DNA of 37,102 bases from a virus, in the UHGV virus genome UHGV-0134521. One strand, 5' to 3'. This document shows, piece by piece, positions 28,233-37,102 of this stretch. The notes under the pieces are model-generated. The model searched no databases. It saw nothing but the letters and a program-made list of their open reading frames with translations, and had not been told where the DNA came from. The position numbers and the translations under genes are program-made. Position 1 is the first letter of the stretch. The number at the start of each line of letters is the position of its first letter.

Positions 28233-28748
28233 ATGGCTTTACCACGTAAATTAAAACACCTGAACCTGTTTAACGACGGGAACAACTGGCAGGGGATCGT
28301 TGAGTCGCTGACGCTGCCGAAATTCACCCGCAAATATGAGAAGTATCGCGGTGGCGGAATGCCGGGTGCAGTGGATGTGGATCTGGGGCTGGATGATAGT
28401 GCGCTGGACACAGAATTTTCCATTGGTGGTACTGAACTGCTGCTGTTTAAGCAGATGGGCAAAGCCACGGTGGATGGTATCCAGTTGCGCTTTACCGGCT
28501 CTATTCAGCGTGACGATACCGGGGAAGTGCAGGCCGTGGAGCTTGTGGTGCGTGGACGTCACAAAGAAGTGGATTCCGGCGAGTGGAAGACGGGCGAAAG
28601 CAACACCACCAAAGTGACCAGTACCAACAGCTACGCGAAGCTGACTATCAATGGTGAGGTGCTCTATGAGGTGGACCTTATCAACATGGTGGAAATTGTG
28701 GACGGCGTGGACCTGATGGAAGCGCACCGCAACGCCCTCGGCCTCTGA
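28233..28748 (+). CDS. FII: Tail tube protein (gpFII-like)
   Basis: Position after sheath, size. Confidence 0.9.
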   Translation: MALPRKLKHLNLFNDGNNWQGIVESLTLPKFTRKYEKYRGGGMPGAVDVDLGLDDSALDTEFSIGGTELLLFKQMGKATVDGIQLRFTGSIQRDDTGEVQAVELVVRGRHKEVDSGEWKTGESNTTKVTSTNSYAKLTINGEVLYEVDLINMVEIVDGVDLMEAHRNALGL

Positions 28749-28802
28749 TGTATCTGAACGGCGCGGGATTCCGCGCCAGAACCCAATTTACAGGACAATA
28801 AA

Positions 28803-29105
28803 ATGAGCGATAAGCAGACTGAAAAGACCATTCAACTGGATACCCCTATCAAGCGCGGTAAAACAGAAATTACCGAAATTGTGCTGCGTAAACCGCAGTC
28901 CGGTGCGCTGCGCGGTACACGCCTGCAGGCCATTATGGATATGGATGTGAACGCGATGATGACCGTGATCCCCCGCATCTCCAGTCCGGTACTGACTGCA
29001 CAGGAAATTGCAGAGATGGACCCGGCAGATCTCACTGCCATGTCGGTTGAGGTTGTCACTTTTTTGTTGAAGAAGTCGGTGCTTGCCGGTTTACCGACAG
29101 CCTGA
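28803..29105 (+). CDS. E: Tail assembly chaperone gpE-like
   Basis: Position between tube and tape-measure genes. Confidence 0.8.
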   Translation: MSDKQTEKTIQLDTPIKRGKTEITEIVLRKPQSGALRGTRLQAIMDMDVNAMMTVIPRISSPVLTAQEIAEMDPADLTAMSVEVVTFLLKKSVLAGLPTA

Positions 29106-29239
29106 CGGTTGACGATCTGGTGGCTGATATCGCCACCATCTTTCACTGGCCGCCATCCGTTACTGACGTTATGCCGCTGACCGAAGTGCTGGAATGGCGG
29201 TATAAAGCGATTCAGAGAAGCGGGGCCAACGATGAGTGA
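28803..29239 (+). CDS. gpE+E' fusion produced by programmed -1 ribosomal frameshift at T TTT TTG (29060..29066)
   Basis: Slippery heptamer in zero frame; -1 frame stays open to TGA at 29237..29239 overlapping T start. Confidence 0.7.
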
Positions 29240-32200
29240 TAATAACCTGCGCCTGCAGGTCATTCTTAATGCGGTTGACAAACTCACCCGCCCATTCCGT
29301 GCTGCACAGGCCAGTTCGAAAGAGCTGGCTGGCGCAATCAGAAACTCCCGTGACGCATTAAAGCAACTCAATCAGGCGGGTAACAGCCTGGAAAAATTTC
29401 GCAAGCTGCAGGCCGATAACAAGAAGTTAGGCGACAGGCTGAACTATGCCAGACAGAAGGCTAATTTACTTAGGTCTGAGCTGGAGTCGATGGAACAACC
29501 ATCACAACGGCACCTTGTGGCTTTAGGTCGGCAAACGCTGGCAGTCCAACGCCTGGAAGAACAACAAAAATATTTGCAGAAGCAAACGGTGCTTGTGCGT
29601 GCAGAACTGTACCGGGCGGGAATTTCTGCGAAAGATGATGCGGGAGCAACTGCCCGTTTAGCCCGTGAAACATCACGTTATAACCAGGAATTGTCGCAAC
29701 AGGAGGCGAGGCTGAAGCGACTGGGGGAAGCTCAGCGCAGGATGAATGCAGCGCGTGCCAGTTATGCCCGTTCGCTGGAGGTGCGTGATCGTATTGCAGG
29801 TGCTGGAGCCACCACCACTGCTGCAGGGTTGGCAATGGGCGCACCAGTGATGGCGGCAGTAAAAAGCTATACCAGCATGGAAGATGCTATGAAAGGTGTG
29901 GCAAAGCAGGTCAATGGTCTGCGTGACGATAATGGCAACCGCACTGCACGTTTTTATGAAATGCAGGATGCCATCAAGGCTGCCAGCGAACAGTTGCCGA
30001 TGGAAAACGGTGCGGTGGACTTCGCTGCACTGGTTGAAGGTGGTGCGCGCATGAACGTCGCAAACCCTGACGACAGCTGGGAAGACCAGAAACGTGATCT
30101 GCTGGCCTTCGCCAGCACGGCAGCAAAGGCGGCAACAGCCTTTGAGCTGCCAGCGGATGAACTGTCAGAAAGTCTGGGTAAAATCGCCCAGCTCTACAAA
30201 ATCCCTACCCGCAATATTGAACAGCTCGGTGATGCGCTGAACTATCTGGATGATAACGCCATGTCGAAAGGGGCAGACATCATTGATGTCATGCAACGCC
30301 TGGGCGGTGTGGCTGATCGTCTGGATTATCGTAAAGCGGCGGCGCTGGGTTCCACCTTCCTGACACTGGGTGCTGCGCCGGAGGTTGCAGCCAGTGCAGC
30401 AAACGCGATGGTGCGTGAATTGTCCATTGCCACCATGCAAAGCAAGAGTTTCTTTGAAGGGATGAATCTGCTGAAACTCAATCCTGAAGTGATTGAAAAG
30501 CAGATGACGAAGGATGCGATGGGAACCATCCAGCGCGTGCTGGAGAAGGTGAACGCACTGCCACAGGACAAGCGTCTGTCTGCCATGACCATGTTGTTTG
30601 GTAAAGAGTTTGGTGATGACGCTGCGAAACTGGCAAACAACCTTCCGGAACTGCAGCGCCAGCTAAAACTGACAGCGGGCAATGATGCGCTCGGTTCCAT
30701 GCAGAAAGAATCCGACATCAACAAAGACTCACTTTCTGCTCAGTGGTTGCTGGTCAAAACCGGAACGCAGAACACCTTCAGCAGCCTGGGCGAAACGCTG
30801 CGCCAGCCGCTGATGGATATTCTGTACACGGTGAAAAGCATCACGGGGGCGTTGCGCCGCTGGGTGGAAGCTAACCCGGAACTGACAGGCACACTGGTGA
30901 AAGTAGCGACTGTTGTGGCTGCGGTTACCGTAGGCCTCGGCACCTTAGCGGTGGCGCTGGCTGCAGTGCTGGGGCCGCTGGCAGTCATCCGTCTGGGATT
31001 CTCTGTGCTGGGTATCAAAACGTTACCTTCCGTTACGGCAGCAGTAACACGAACCAGCAGCGCGTTGTCCTGGTTAGCTGACGCTCCACTGGCACTGCTG
31101 CGACGCGGGCTTGCTTCATCGGGCAACGCAGCGGGTTTACTTACTGCGCCGTTGTCGTCTTTGCGCCGCACGGCATCACTGACGGGGAATGTCCTGAAAA
31201 CTGTAGCAGGTGTGCCGGTTGCACTGTTGCGGTCTGGATTATCCGGTTTACGTGCTGTTGCTGTGATGTTTATGAATCCACTGGCAGCACTACGCGGTGG
31301 ACTGGCTGCCGCAGGCGCGGTGCTGCGAGTACTGGCATCCGGTCCGCTGGCGATGCTGCGCGTTGCCCTGTATGCCATATCTGGTCTGTTAGGTGCTCTG
31401 CTCAGTCCGATAGGTCTTGTGGTTACTGCACTGGCGGGCGTGGCGCTGGTTGTCTGGAAATACTGGCAACCCATCACCGCATTTCTCGCTGGTGTGGTGG
31501 AAGGATTCAAAGCGGCGGCAGGTCCCATCAGTGCAGCATTCGAACCACTTAAGCCTGTGTTTCAGTGGATTGGCGACAAAGTGCAGGCGTTGTGGGGCTG
31601 GTTTACTGATCTGCTGACGCCCGTTAAGTCGACCTCTGCCGAACTGCAGAGCGCAGCGGCAATGGGGCGACGATTCGGGGAGGCACTGGCGGAAGGGCTG
31701 AATATGGTCATGCATCCGCTGGACTCCCTGAAATCCGGCGTTTCCTGGTTGCTGGAGAAACTCGGCATTATCAGTAAAGAGGCTGCAAAGGCGAAATTGC
31801 CGGAAAGCGTGACGCGTCAGCAACCTGCGACGGTGAATGCAGACGGTAAAGTGATGATGCCATCAGGTGGTTTCCCATCATGGGGATATGGTTTTGCGGG
31901 GATGTATGACAGCGGCGGCTATATCCCGCACGGGCAGTTTGGCATCGTAGGTGAAAACGGGCCTGAAATTGTCAACGGCCCGGTAAATGTGACCAGCCGG
32001 AGAAATACAGCTGCACTGGCTGCCGTTGTTGCCGGAATGATGGGCGTTGCTGCCGCGCCTGCAGAGCTTCCACCGTTGCATCCTTCGGCACTTCCCGCGA
32101 AAGGCGGCGAAGCGATGGTGGGTCGTGCAGCCAATGTGCCGCTCGTTCAACGGATTGAGGCACCGACGCAGATCATCATTCAGACGCAGCCAGGACAAAG

Positions 32201-32309
32201 TGCGCAGGATATTGCGCGGGAGGTGGCCCGCCAGCTTGATGAACGTGAACGCAGGCTGAAGGCAAAAGCCAGGAGTAACTACAGCGATCAGGGGGGATAC
32301 GACGCATGA
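29232..32309 (+). CDS. T: Tail tape measure protein (gpT-like), 1025 aa
   Basis: Very long helical/Ala-rich protein after E/E'. Confidence 0.9.
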   Translation: MSDNNLRLQVILNAVDKLTRPFRAAQASSKELAGAIRNSRDALKQLNQAGNSLEKFRKLQADNKKLGDRLNYARQKANLLRSELESMEQPSQRHLVALGRQTLAVQRLEEQQKYLQKQTVLVRAELYRAGISAKDDAGATARLARETSRYNQELSQQEARLKRLGEAQRRMNAARASYARSLEVRDRIAGAGATTTAAGLAMGAPVMAAVKSYTSMEDAMKGVAKQVNGLRDDNGNRTARFYEMQDAIKAASEQLPMENGAVDFAALVEGGARMNVANPDDSWEDQKRDLLAFASTAAKAATAFELPADELSESLGKIAQLYKIPTRNIEQLGDALNYLDDNAMSKGADIIDVMQRLGGVADRLDYRKAAALGSTFLTLGAAPEVAASAANAMVRELSIATMQSKSFFEGMNLLKLNPEVIEKQMTKDAMGTIQRVLEKVNALPQDKRLSAMTMLFGKEFGDDAAKLANNLPELQRQLKLTAGNDALGSMQKESDINKDSLSAQWLLVKTGTQNTFSSLGETLRQPLMDILYTVKSITGALRRWVEANPELTGTLVKVATVVAAVTVGLGTLAVALAAVLGPLAVIRLGFSVLGIKTLPSVTAAVTRTSSALSWLADAPLALLRRGLASSGNAAGLLTAPLSSLRRTASLTGNVLKTVAGVPVALLRSGLSGLRAVAVMFMNPLAALRGGLAAAGAVLRVLASGPLAMLRVALYAISGLLGALLSPIGLVVTALAGVALVVWKYWQPITAFLAGVVEGFKAAAGPISAAFEPLKPVFQWIGDKVQALWGWFTDLLTPVKSTSAELQSAAAMGRRFGEALAEGLNMVMHPLDSLKSGVSWLLEKLGIISKEAAKAKLPESVTRQQPATVNADGKVMMPSGGFPSWGYGFAGMYDSGGYIPHGQFGIVGENGPEIVNGPVNVTSRRNTAALAAVVAGMMGVAAAPAELPPLHPSALPAKGGEAMVGRAANVPLVQRIEAPTQIIIQTQPGQSAQDIAREVARQLDERERRLKAKARSNYSDQGGYDA

Positions 32310-32791
32310 TGATGGTGCTGGGATTGTACGTGTTTATGCTGCGCACCGTGCCGTATCAGGAGCTGCAGTATCAACGCAGCTGGCGACATGCGGCAAACAG
32401 CCGGGTAAACCGACGTCCGTCCACGCAGTTTCTGGGACCGGACAACGACATGCTGACGCTTTCCGGTGTTCTTATGCCGGAGATAACGGGCGGTAGGCTG
32501 TCGTTGCTGGCTCTGGAGCAGATGGCAGAACAGGGAAAAGCATGGCCCCTGATTGAAGGCAGCGGCACGATTTACGGCATGTATGTGATTGAGGGACTGA
32601 ATCAGACTAAAACGGAGTTTTTCCGCGACGGTATGCCGCGCCGGATTGAGTTCACCCTGTCGCTCAAACGGGTGGATGAATCCCTGTCCGATATGTTCGG
32701 TGATCTCAGTACGCAACTGAATAATCTGCAGGACACGGCAACGTCTGCCTTAAGCGATATCAGTAAAACGGTGGGAGGGCTGCTGTCGTGA
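32306..32791 (+). CDS. U: Tail protein gpU-like
   Basis: Position, size, overlap with T stop. Confidence 0.85.
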   Translation: MMMVLGLYVFMLRTVPYQELQYQRSWRHAANSRVNRRPSTQFLGPDNDMLTLSGVLMPEITGGRLSLLALEQMAEQGKAWPLIEGSGTIYGMYVIEGLNQTKTEFFRDGMPRRIEFTLSLKRVDESLSDMFGDLSTQLNNLQDTATSALSDISKTVGGLLS

Positions 32792-33888
32792 ATTTCAGCT
32801 CTGAACTGCTTAACAAAGGCAACAAAACTCCGGCATTCAGCATCAGTATTGAAGGCAGGGATATCACTACTGTGCTGGACAACCGCCTGATGGGGCTTAC
32901 GCTGACGGATAACCGGGGCTTTGAAGCGGACCAGCTTGATCTGGAGCTGGACGACGCCGATGGAAAAATCGTGCTGCCGCGCCGTGGTGCGGTCATTACG
33001 CTGGCGCTGGGCTGGAAGGGGCAGCCGCTTTTCCCGAAAGGGGCATTCACGGTGGACGAGATTGAACACACTGGCGCACCGGACCGCCTGACTATCCGGG
33101 CGCGAAGTGCTGATTTTCGTGAAACACTGAATACCCGCCGTGAAAAGTCGTGGCACAAGACCACCGTTGGGGAAGTGGTGAAGGAAATAGCTGCGCGGCA
33201 CAAACTGAAGATGGCATTGGGTAAAGACCTGTCAGATAAACCCGTGGAACATATAGATCAGACCAATGAGAGTGACGGCAGTTTTCTGATGCGGCTGGCG
33301 CGCCAGTACGGTGCTATTGCGTCGGTGAAAAATGGCAATCTGTTATTCATCCGACAGGGGCAGGGTAAAAGCGCCAGTGGTAAACCACTACCGGTTATCA
33401 CTATCACACGTAAGGACGGCGACAGTCACCGCTTTACCCTGGCAGATCGCGGAGCTTACACGGGCGTAATTGCCAGCTGGTTGCATACCCGCGAACCCGC
33501 GAAGAAAGAAAGCACCGCGGTGAAGCGTAAGCGCAGGACTAAGAAGCAGAAGAAAGAGCCGGAAGCGAAGCAGGGCGATTACCTGGTGGGTACGGATGAA
33601 AACGTGCTGGTACTTAATCGCACCTATGCTAATCGGAGTAACGCCGAACGGGCAGCGAAAATGCAGTGGGAACGCCTGCAACGCGGCGTTGCGTCATTCT
33701 CGCTACAACTGGCGGAAGGGCGGGCAGATCTCTACACGGAAATGCCAGTGAAAGTCAGTGGCTTTAAACAGCCGATAGATGATGCGGAATGGACCATTAC
33801 GACTCTGACGCATACCGTCAGCCCGGATAACGGTTTTACGACCAGTCTGGAGCTTGAAGTGAGGATTGATGATTTCGAAATGGAATGA
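32788..33888 (+). CDS. D: Tail protein / late control gene D-like
   Basis: Position, size, P2 D-like. Confidence 0.85.
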   Translation: MNFSSELLNKGNKTPAFSISIEGRDITTVLDNRLMGLTLTDNRGFEADQLDLELDDADGKIVLPRRGAVITLALGWKGQPLFPKGAFTVDEIEHTGAPDRLTIRARSADFRETLNTRREKSWHKTTVGEVVKEIAARHKLKMALGKDLSDKPVEHIDQTNESDGSFLMRLARQYGAIASVKNGNLLFIRQGQGKSASGKPLPVITITRKDGDSHRFTLADRGAYTGVIASWLHTREPAKKESTAVKRKRRTKKQKKEPEAKQGDYLVGTDENVLVLNRTYANRSNAERAAKMQWERLQRGVASFSLQLAEGRADLYTEMPVKVSGFKQPIDDAEWTITTLTHTVSPDNGFTTSLELEVRIDDFEME

Positions 33889-33978
33889 TTCTTCGCAATG
33901 GAGAACTTTTAAGTTTGCAAAATGGAATAATGCGGTATCATTATTGTGAATTTAGCAAAAATGGGGAGAACTCGAAAA

Positions 33979-34197
33979 ATGATGATTTGCCCACTGTGTG
34001 GAAGTGCCGCCCATACTCGCAGCAGTTTTCAGGTATCTTCATTGACCAAAGAGCGTTACAACCAGTGCCAGAATATTAACTGCAGCCATACTTTTGTTAC
34101 CCATGAAACTTTTGTTCGTTCGATTGCAACGCCAAAAGAGTCAAATCCGGTTCAGCCGCATCCAATGAAATCAGGACAGGTGGCGCTCTCTCTTTGA
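33979..34197 (+). CDS. ogr: Late-gene transcription activator, Ogr/Delta/B family zinc finger
   Basis: CPLCGSAAH...YNQCQNINCSHTF matches Ogr C2C2 motif; last phage gene before attR; GGGGAG SD. Confidence 0.85.
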   Translation: MMICPLCGSAAHTRSSFQVSSLTKERYNQCQNINCSHTFVTHETFVRSIATPKESNPVQPHPMKSGQVALSL

Positions 34198-34262
34198 CGC
34201 TGCCGCCATTTTGTCGCCATCGATAAAAAACAGTGCTTCTAACATCATGATTTTAAAAGGCA

Positions 34263-34288
34263 TAAATTTCAGGCAACAAAAAACCCAC
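34263..34288. repeat. attR: 26-bp direct repeat (TAAATTTCAGGCAACAAAAAACCCAC)
   Basis: Pairs with 591..616, one mismatch. Confidence 0.65.
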
Positions 34289-34432
34289 CAACCTTGAACC
34301 GAAATGGCGGGGTTGATGGGCTCCACAAAATGGGGACATCAAAGAAAAGCAGTGGCACTAATTAAGACTGATGCCCTGCGGAAAAGTTCTGCGGTTGTGC
34401 AAAAAAATTTCATTTTCAGGGCAACTTCAGTT

Positions 34433-36118
34433 TTATCCTAATCCTGGCCATACCATGACGATGATTGTCCCTGCCAGCGTCAGCAGGACGTTGGCGATTG
34501 CGTAAGTGCCCGCATAGCCCAGCGCCGGGATATTACTGCGAGCTGTATCACTGATGATCTCCATTGCCGGCGCGCAGGTGCGTGCGCCCATCATTGCGCC
34601 GAACAACAGTGCGCGGTTCATTCGCAATACATAAGCACCGAACAAGAAGCAGATAACCACTGGCACCAGACTGACAATCAATCCGGCAATCAACATTTGA
34701 CCGCCAATCGCGCCCAGGCCGTTATTAATACCGCTACCGGCGCTCAGACCAACGCCTGCCATAAACACCATCAAGCCGAACTCTTTCACCATGCTTAATG
34801 CACCTTGCGGAATGTAACCGAAGGTCGGGTGGTTAGCACGCATAAAGCCCAGCATAATTCCGGCGAATAACAACCCGGCAGCGTTCCCCATGCCGAAACT
34901 GAATGTGCTGAACTGGAAGGTGATCATCCCGATCATCAGCCCAATAACAAAGAAGGCGCAGAATGCCAGCAAGTCAGTGACCTGGCTGTGAATCGAGATA
35001 AAGCCGATGCGATCGGCGATGGTTTTTACGCGACGGGCATCGCCGCTGACTTGTAAAACGTCACCTTTGTTAAGCACGACGTTGTCATCAATCGGCATCT
35101 CAATCTGGCTACGAATGACGCGGTTAAGGAAGCAACCGTGATCGGTCAACTTCAGTTGTGCGAGACGTTTGCCTACAGCGTTATGGTTTTTAACGACCAC
35201 TTCTTCAGTGACGATACGCATGTCGAGAAGGTCACGATCGAAAACTTCTTTGCCATTACGGAAACTGGGATCGAGTCGGGCGTGGGCGTCGGGATAGCCT
35301 ACCAACGCTATTTCATCGCCCATTTGTAGCACGGCATCACCGTCTGGATTTGCCAGAATCCCGTTACGTCGAATACGTTCAATGTAGCAGCCGGTTTGTC
35401 GATAAATACCCAGTTCACGCAGATTTTTGCCGTCGGTCCAGGCCACCAGCTCCGGGCCGACGCGGTAGGCGCGGATCACCGGCAAATAAACCTTACGGTT
35501 GGCATCTGTGTCCAGGCCACGTTCGCGGGCGATTTGCTGGGCGCTGGTCTGTAAGTCCTGATGCTGCAATTTCGGCAAGTAACGCGCACCAACAATCAAA
35601 CTCACCAGACCGATTAAATAGGTTAAGGCATACCCGAGGCTCAGATTATCCAGTGCCAGTGAGAGCTGCCTGCTTTCCATGCCGGAATGACGCAGTGTAT
35701 CGCCAGCACCGACCAAAACCGGTGTTGACGTCATAGAGCCTGCTAACATACCGGCCGTCAGGCCAATATCCCAGCCAAACAGCTTACCTAACCCTAAGGC
35801 GATGACCAGCGCACTGCCAACCATCACCAGTGCTAACATTAGGTAATTTTTCCCATCGCGAAAAAAAATGGAAAAAAAGTTCGGTCCGGCTTCGACCCCG
35901 ACGCAGAAAATAAACAGCATAAAGCCAAGATTAAGCGCGTCGGTGTTAATGCTGAAATGTTGTTGGCCTAATAACAGCGATACGACTAAAACGCCAATGG
36001 AATTACCCAGTTGGATCGAACCAAGTCGTAATTTCCCGAGACATAGCCCAAGCGCGAGGACCACAAATAATAACAGAATGTAATTCCCATTTAACAATTC
36101 GGCGACGTTTATATTCAC
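34433..36118 (-). CDS. ybjL: Putative transporter YbjL (two-TrkA_C-domain membrane protein), 561 aa
   Basis: Sequence recognised as E. coli YbjL; multi-TM termini with central soluble domains; GTG start. Confidence 0.85.
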
Positions 36119-36387
36119 GGAGGCTAACTTCTTGTTTACTAGTAAGCTGTTGAAAGAAATGGTAATTTACGATAATGTTTTTTACCAGAATTCAGGGCGC
36201 AGATTCATTCAGCGCACCTAAACGATAGTAAAGTAACAATATATTTTACTAGTGTAATCACATTAGGTATCAACGGCTATATGAATTGCGTTGGCCTATA
36301 TTAGCATGGAATGCGAAGCGGCTTTATCTTACTGAACGCCACACTGGCGAAAAATGTGTTCGATAGACGCAGTGTCAGGAGGAACGA

Positions 36388-36765
36388 GTGAAACATAAAC
36401 AACGTTGGGCGGGGGCAATCTGCTGTTTTGTCCTCTTCATTGTGGTGTGCCTTTTTCTGGCGACGCACATGAAAGGCGCTTTTCGGGCTGCCGGGCATCC
36501 TGAAATCGGCTTGCTGTTTTTCATTCTTCCTGGAGCAGTTGCCAGCTTCTTTTCACAGCGTAGAGAAGTCCTGAAACCTCTGTTTGGCGCAATGCTGGCG
36601 GCACCCTGTTCAATGCTTATTATGCGGCTGTTTTTTTCACCGACGCGCTCATTCTGGCAAGAGCTGGCATGGTTATTAAGTGCGGTGTTCTGGTGTGCGC
36701 TGGGGGCACTGTGTTTCTTATTTATCAGTAGTTTGTTTAAACCACAGCACAGAAAAAATCAATAA
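36388..36765 (+). CDS. ybjM: Inner membrane protein YbjM, 125 aa
   Basis: Hydrophobic small protein in the expected host position between ybjL and grxA. Confidence 0.75.
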   Translation: MKHKQRWAGAICCFVLFIVVCLFLATHMKGAFRAAGHPEIGLLFFILPGAVASFFSQRREVLKPLFGAMLAAPCSMLIMRLFFSPTRSFWQELAWLLSAVFWCALGALCFLFISSLFKPQHRKNQ

Positions 36766-36784
36766 AGCCCTCAACGCGAGGGCT
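36766..36784. terminator. Hairpin AGCCCTC-(5 nt)-GAGGGCT between convergent ybjM and grxA
   Basis: 7-bp perfect stem read from sequence; T-rich flank on the minus strand. Confidence 0.45.
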
Positions 36785-36794
36785 TGTCAGACGA

Positions 36795-37052
36795 TCAGGC
36801 GTCCAGATTCTCTTTCACCCATGCAGCAAAATCGGTATAGCCGCCGATATGTTGCTGATCGACAAAAATCTGCGGCACGGTTTCTACGGGTTTACCTGCC
36901 TTTTGTTGTAGATCTTCTTTAGTGATCCCTTCCGCACGAATATCTACATACTGATACTGAAAATCATCGCGTTCATTGCTCAATTTCTCAGCCAGATCTT
37001 TTGCACGCACACAGTAAGGGCAACCCGGACGACCAAAAATAACGGTTTGCAT
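36795..37052 (-). CDS. grxA: Glutaredoxin 1
   Basis: MQTVIFGRPGCPYCVRAKDLAEKL... with CPYC active site; ATG at 37052 after GAGGAG; the track ORF adds 5 upstream codons. Confidence 0.9.
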   Translation of the reverse strand: MQTVIFGRPGCPYCVRAKDLAEKLSNERDDFQYQYVDIRAEGITKEDLQQKAGKPVETVPQIFVDQQHIGGYTDFAAWVKENLDA

Positions 37053-37102
37053 TATTTCTCTCCTCAAAGATTTATGCCTGTAATGATCACGCTAAAATGT
37101 AT

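Larger units (their letters stand above)
591..34288. mobile_element. Integrated 186/P2-like prophage (peduovirus-type), apparently complete
   Basis: Collinear P2/186 gene order from int to ogr, flanked by direct repeats and by host genes rcdA and ybjL-ybjM-grxA. Confidence 0.9.

Noticed and set aside
30740-31528. 262-aa ORF antisense to tape-measure gene T, plus other antisense ORFs at 13503..14186, 15950..16612, 22032..22553 and 23872..24510
   Set aside because: All are embedded antisense to confident structural genes and have low-complexity Ala/Arg/Ser/Pro-rich translations; judged non-coding.
1-37102. CRISPR arrays, tRNA or rRNA genes, and old/tin homologues
   Set aside because: No regularly spaced short repeats, no tRNA-like sequence at the att sites, and no ORF resembling P2 Old (OLD-family ATPase/nuclease) or Tin was seen; the only tandem repeats are the in-frame 168-bp units inside gene H.

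Overview
This window is a complete ~33.7 kb 186/P2-like (peduovirus-type) prophage inserted between host genes rcdA (ybjK) and ybjL, with ybjM and grxA further right. It is bounded by 26-bp direct repeats (591..616 and 34263..34288). Prophage gene order is int, cI, apl-like, cII, early accessory ORFs, TraR-like, dam, replication gene A, a LexA-box-controlled small-ORF + DinI-like (Tum-like) operon, a putative cos site, then the late genes Q through D and ogr. A -1 frameshift site for E/E' and TGT-N12-ACA late-promoter dyads are visible. Three AT-rich accessory (moron) loci interrupt the backbone: (1) a small secreted Cys-rich protein between cI and int; (2) a tightly coupled 4-gene cassette between cos and the portal gene, encoding an XRE-HTH protein, a thymidylate-kinase-fold protein with an atypical P-loop, a 2-TM membrane protein and an unknown protein; (3) a single TIR-like-domain gene between S and V. 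Loci 2 and 3 sit at known P2-family variable positions and are the best candidates for undescribed anti-phage systems. All calls are from reading the sequence and remembered family features; no database search or computation was run.
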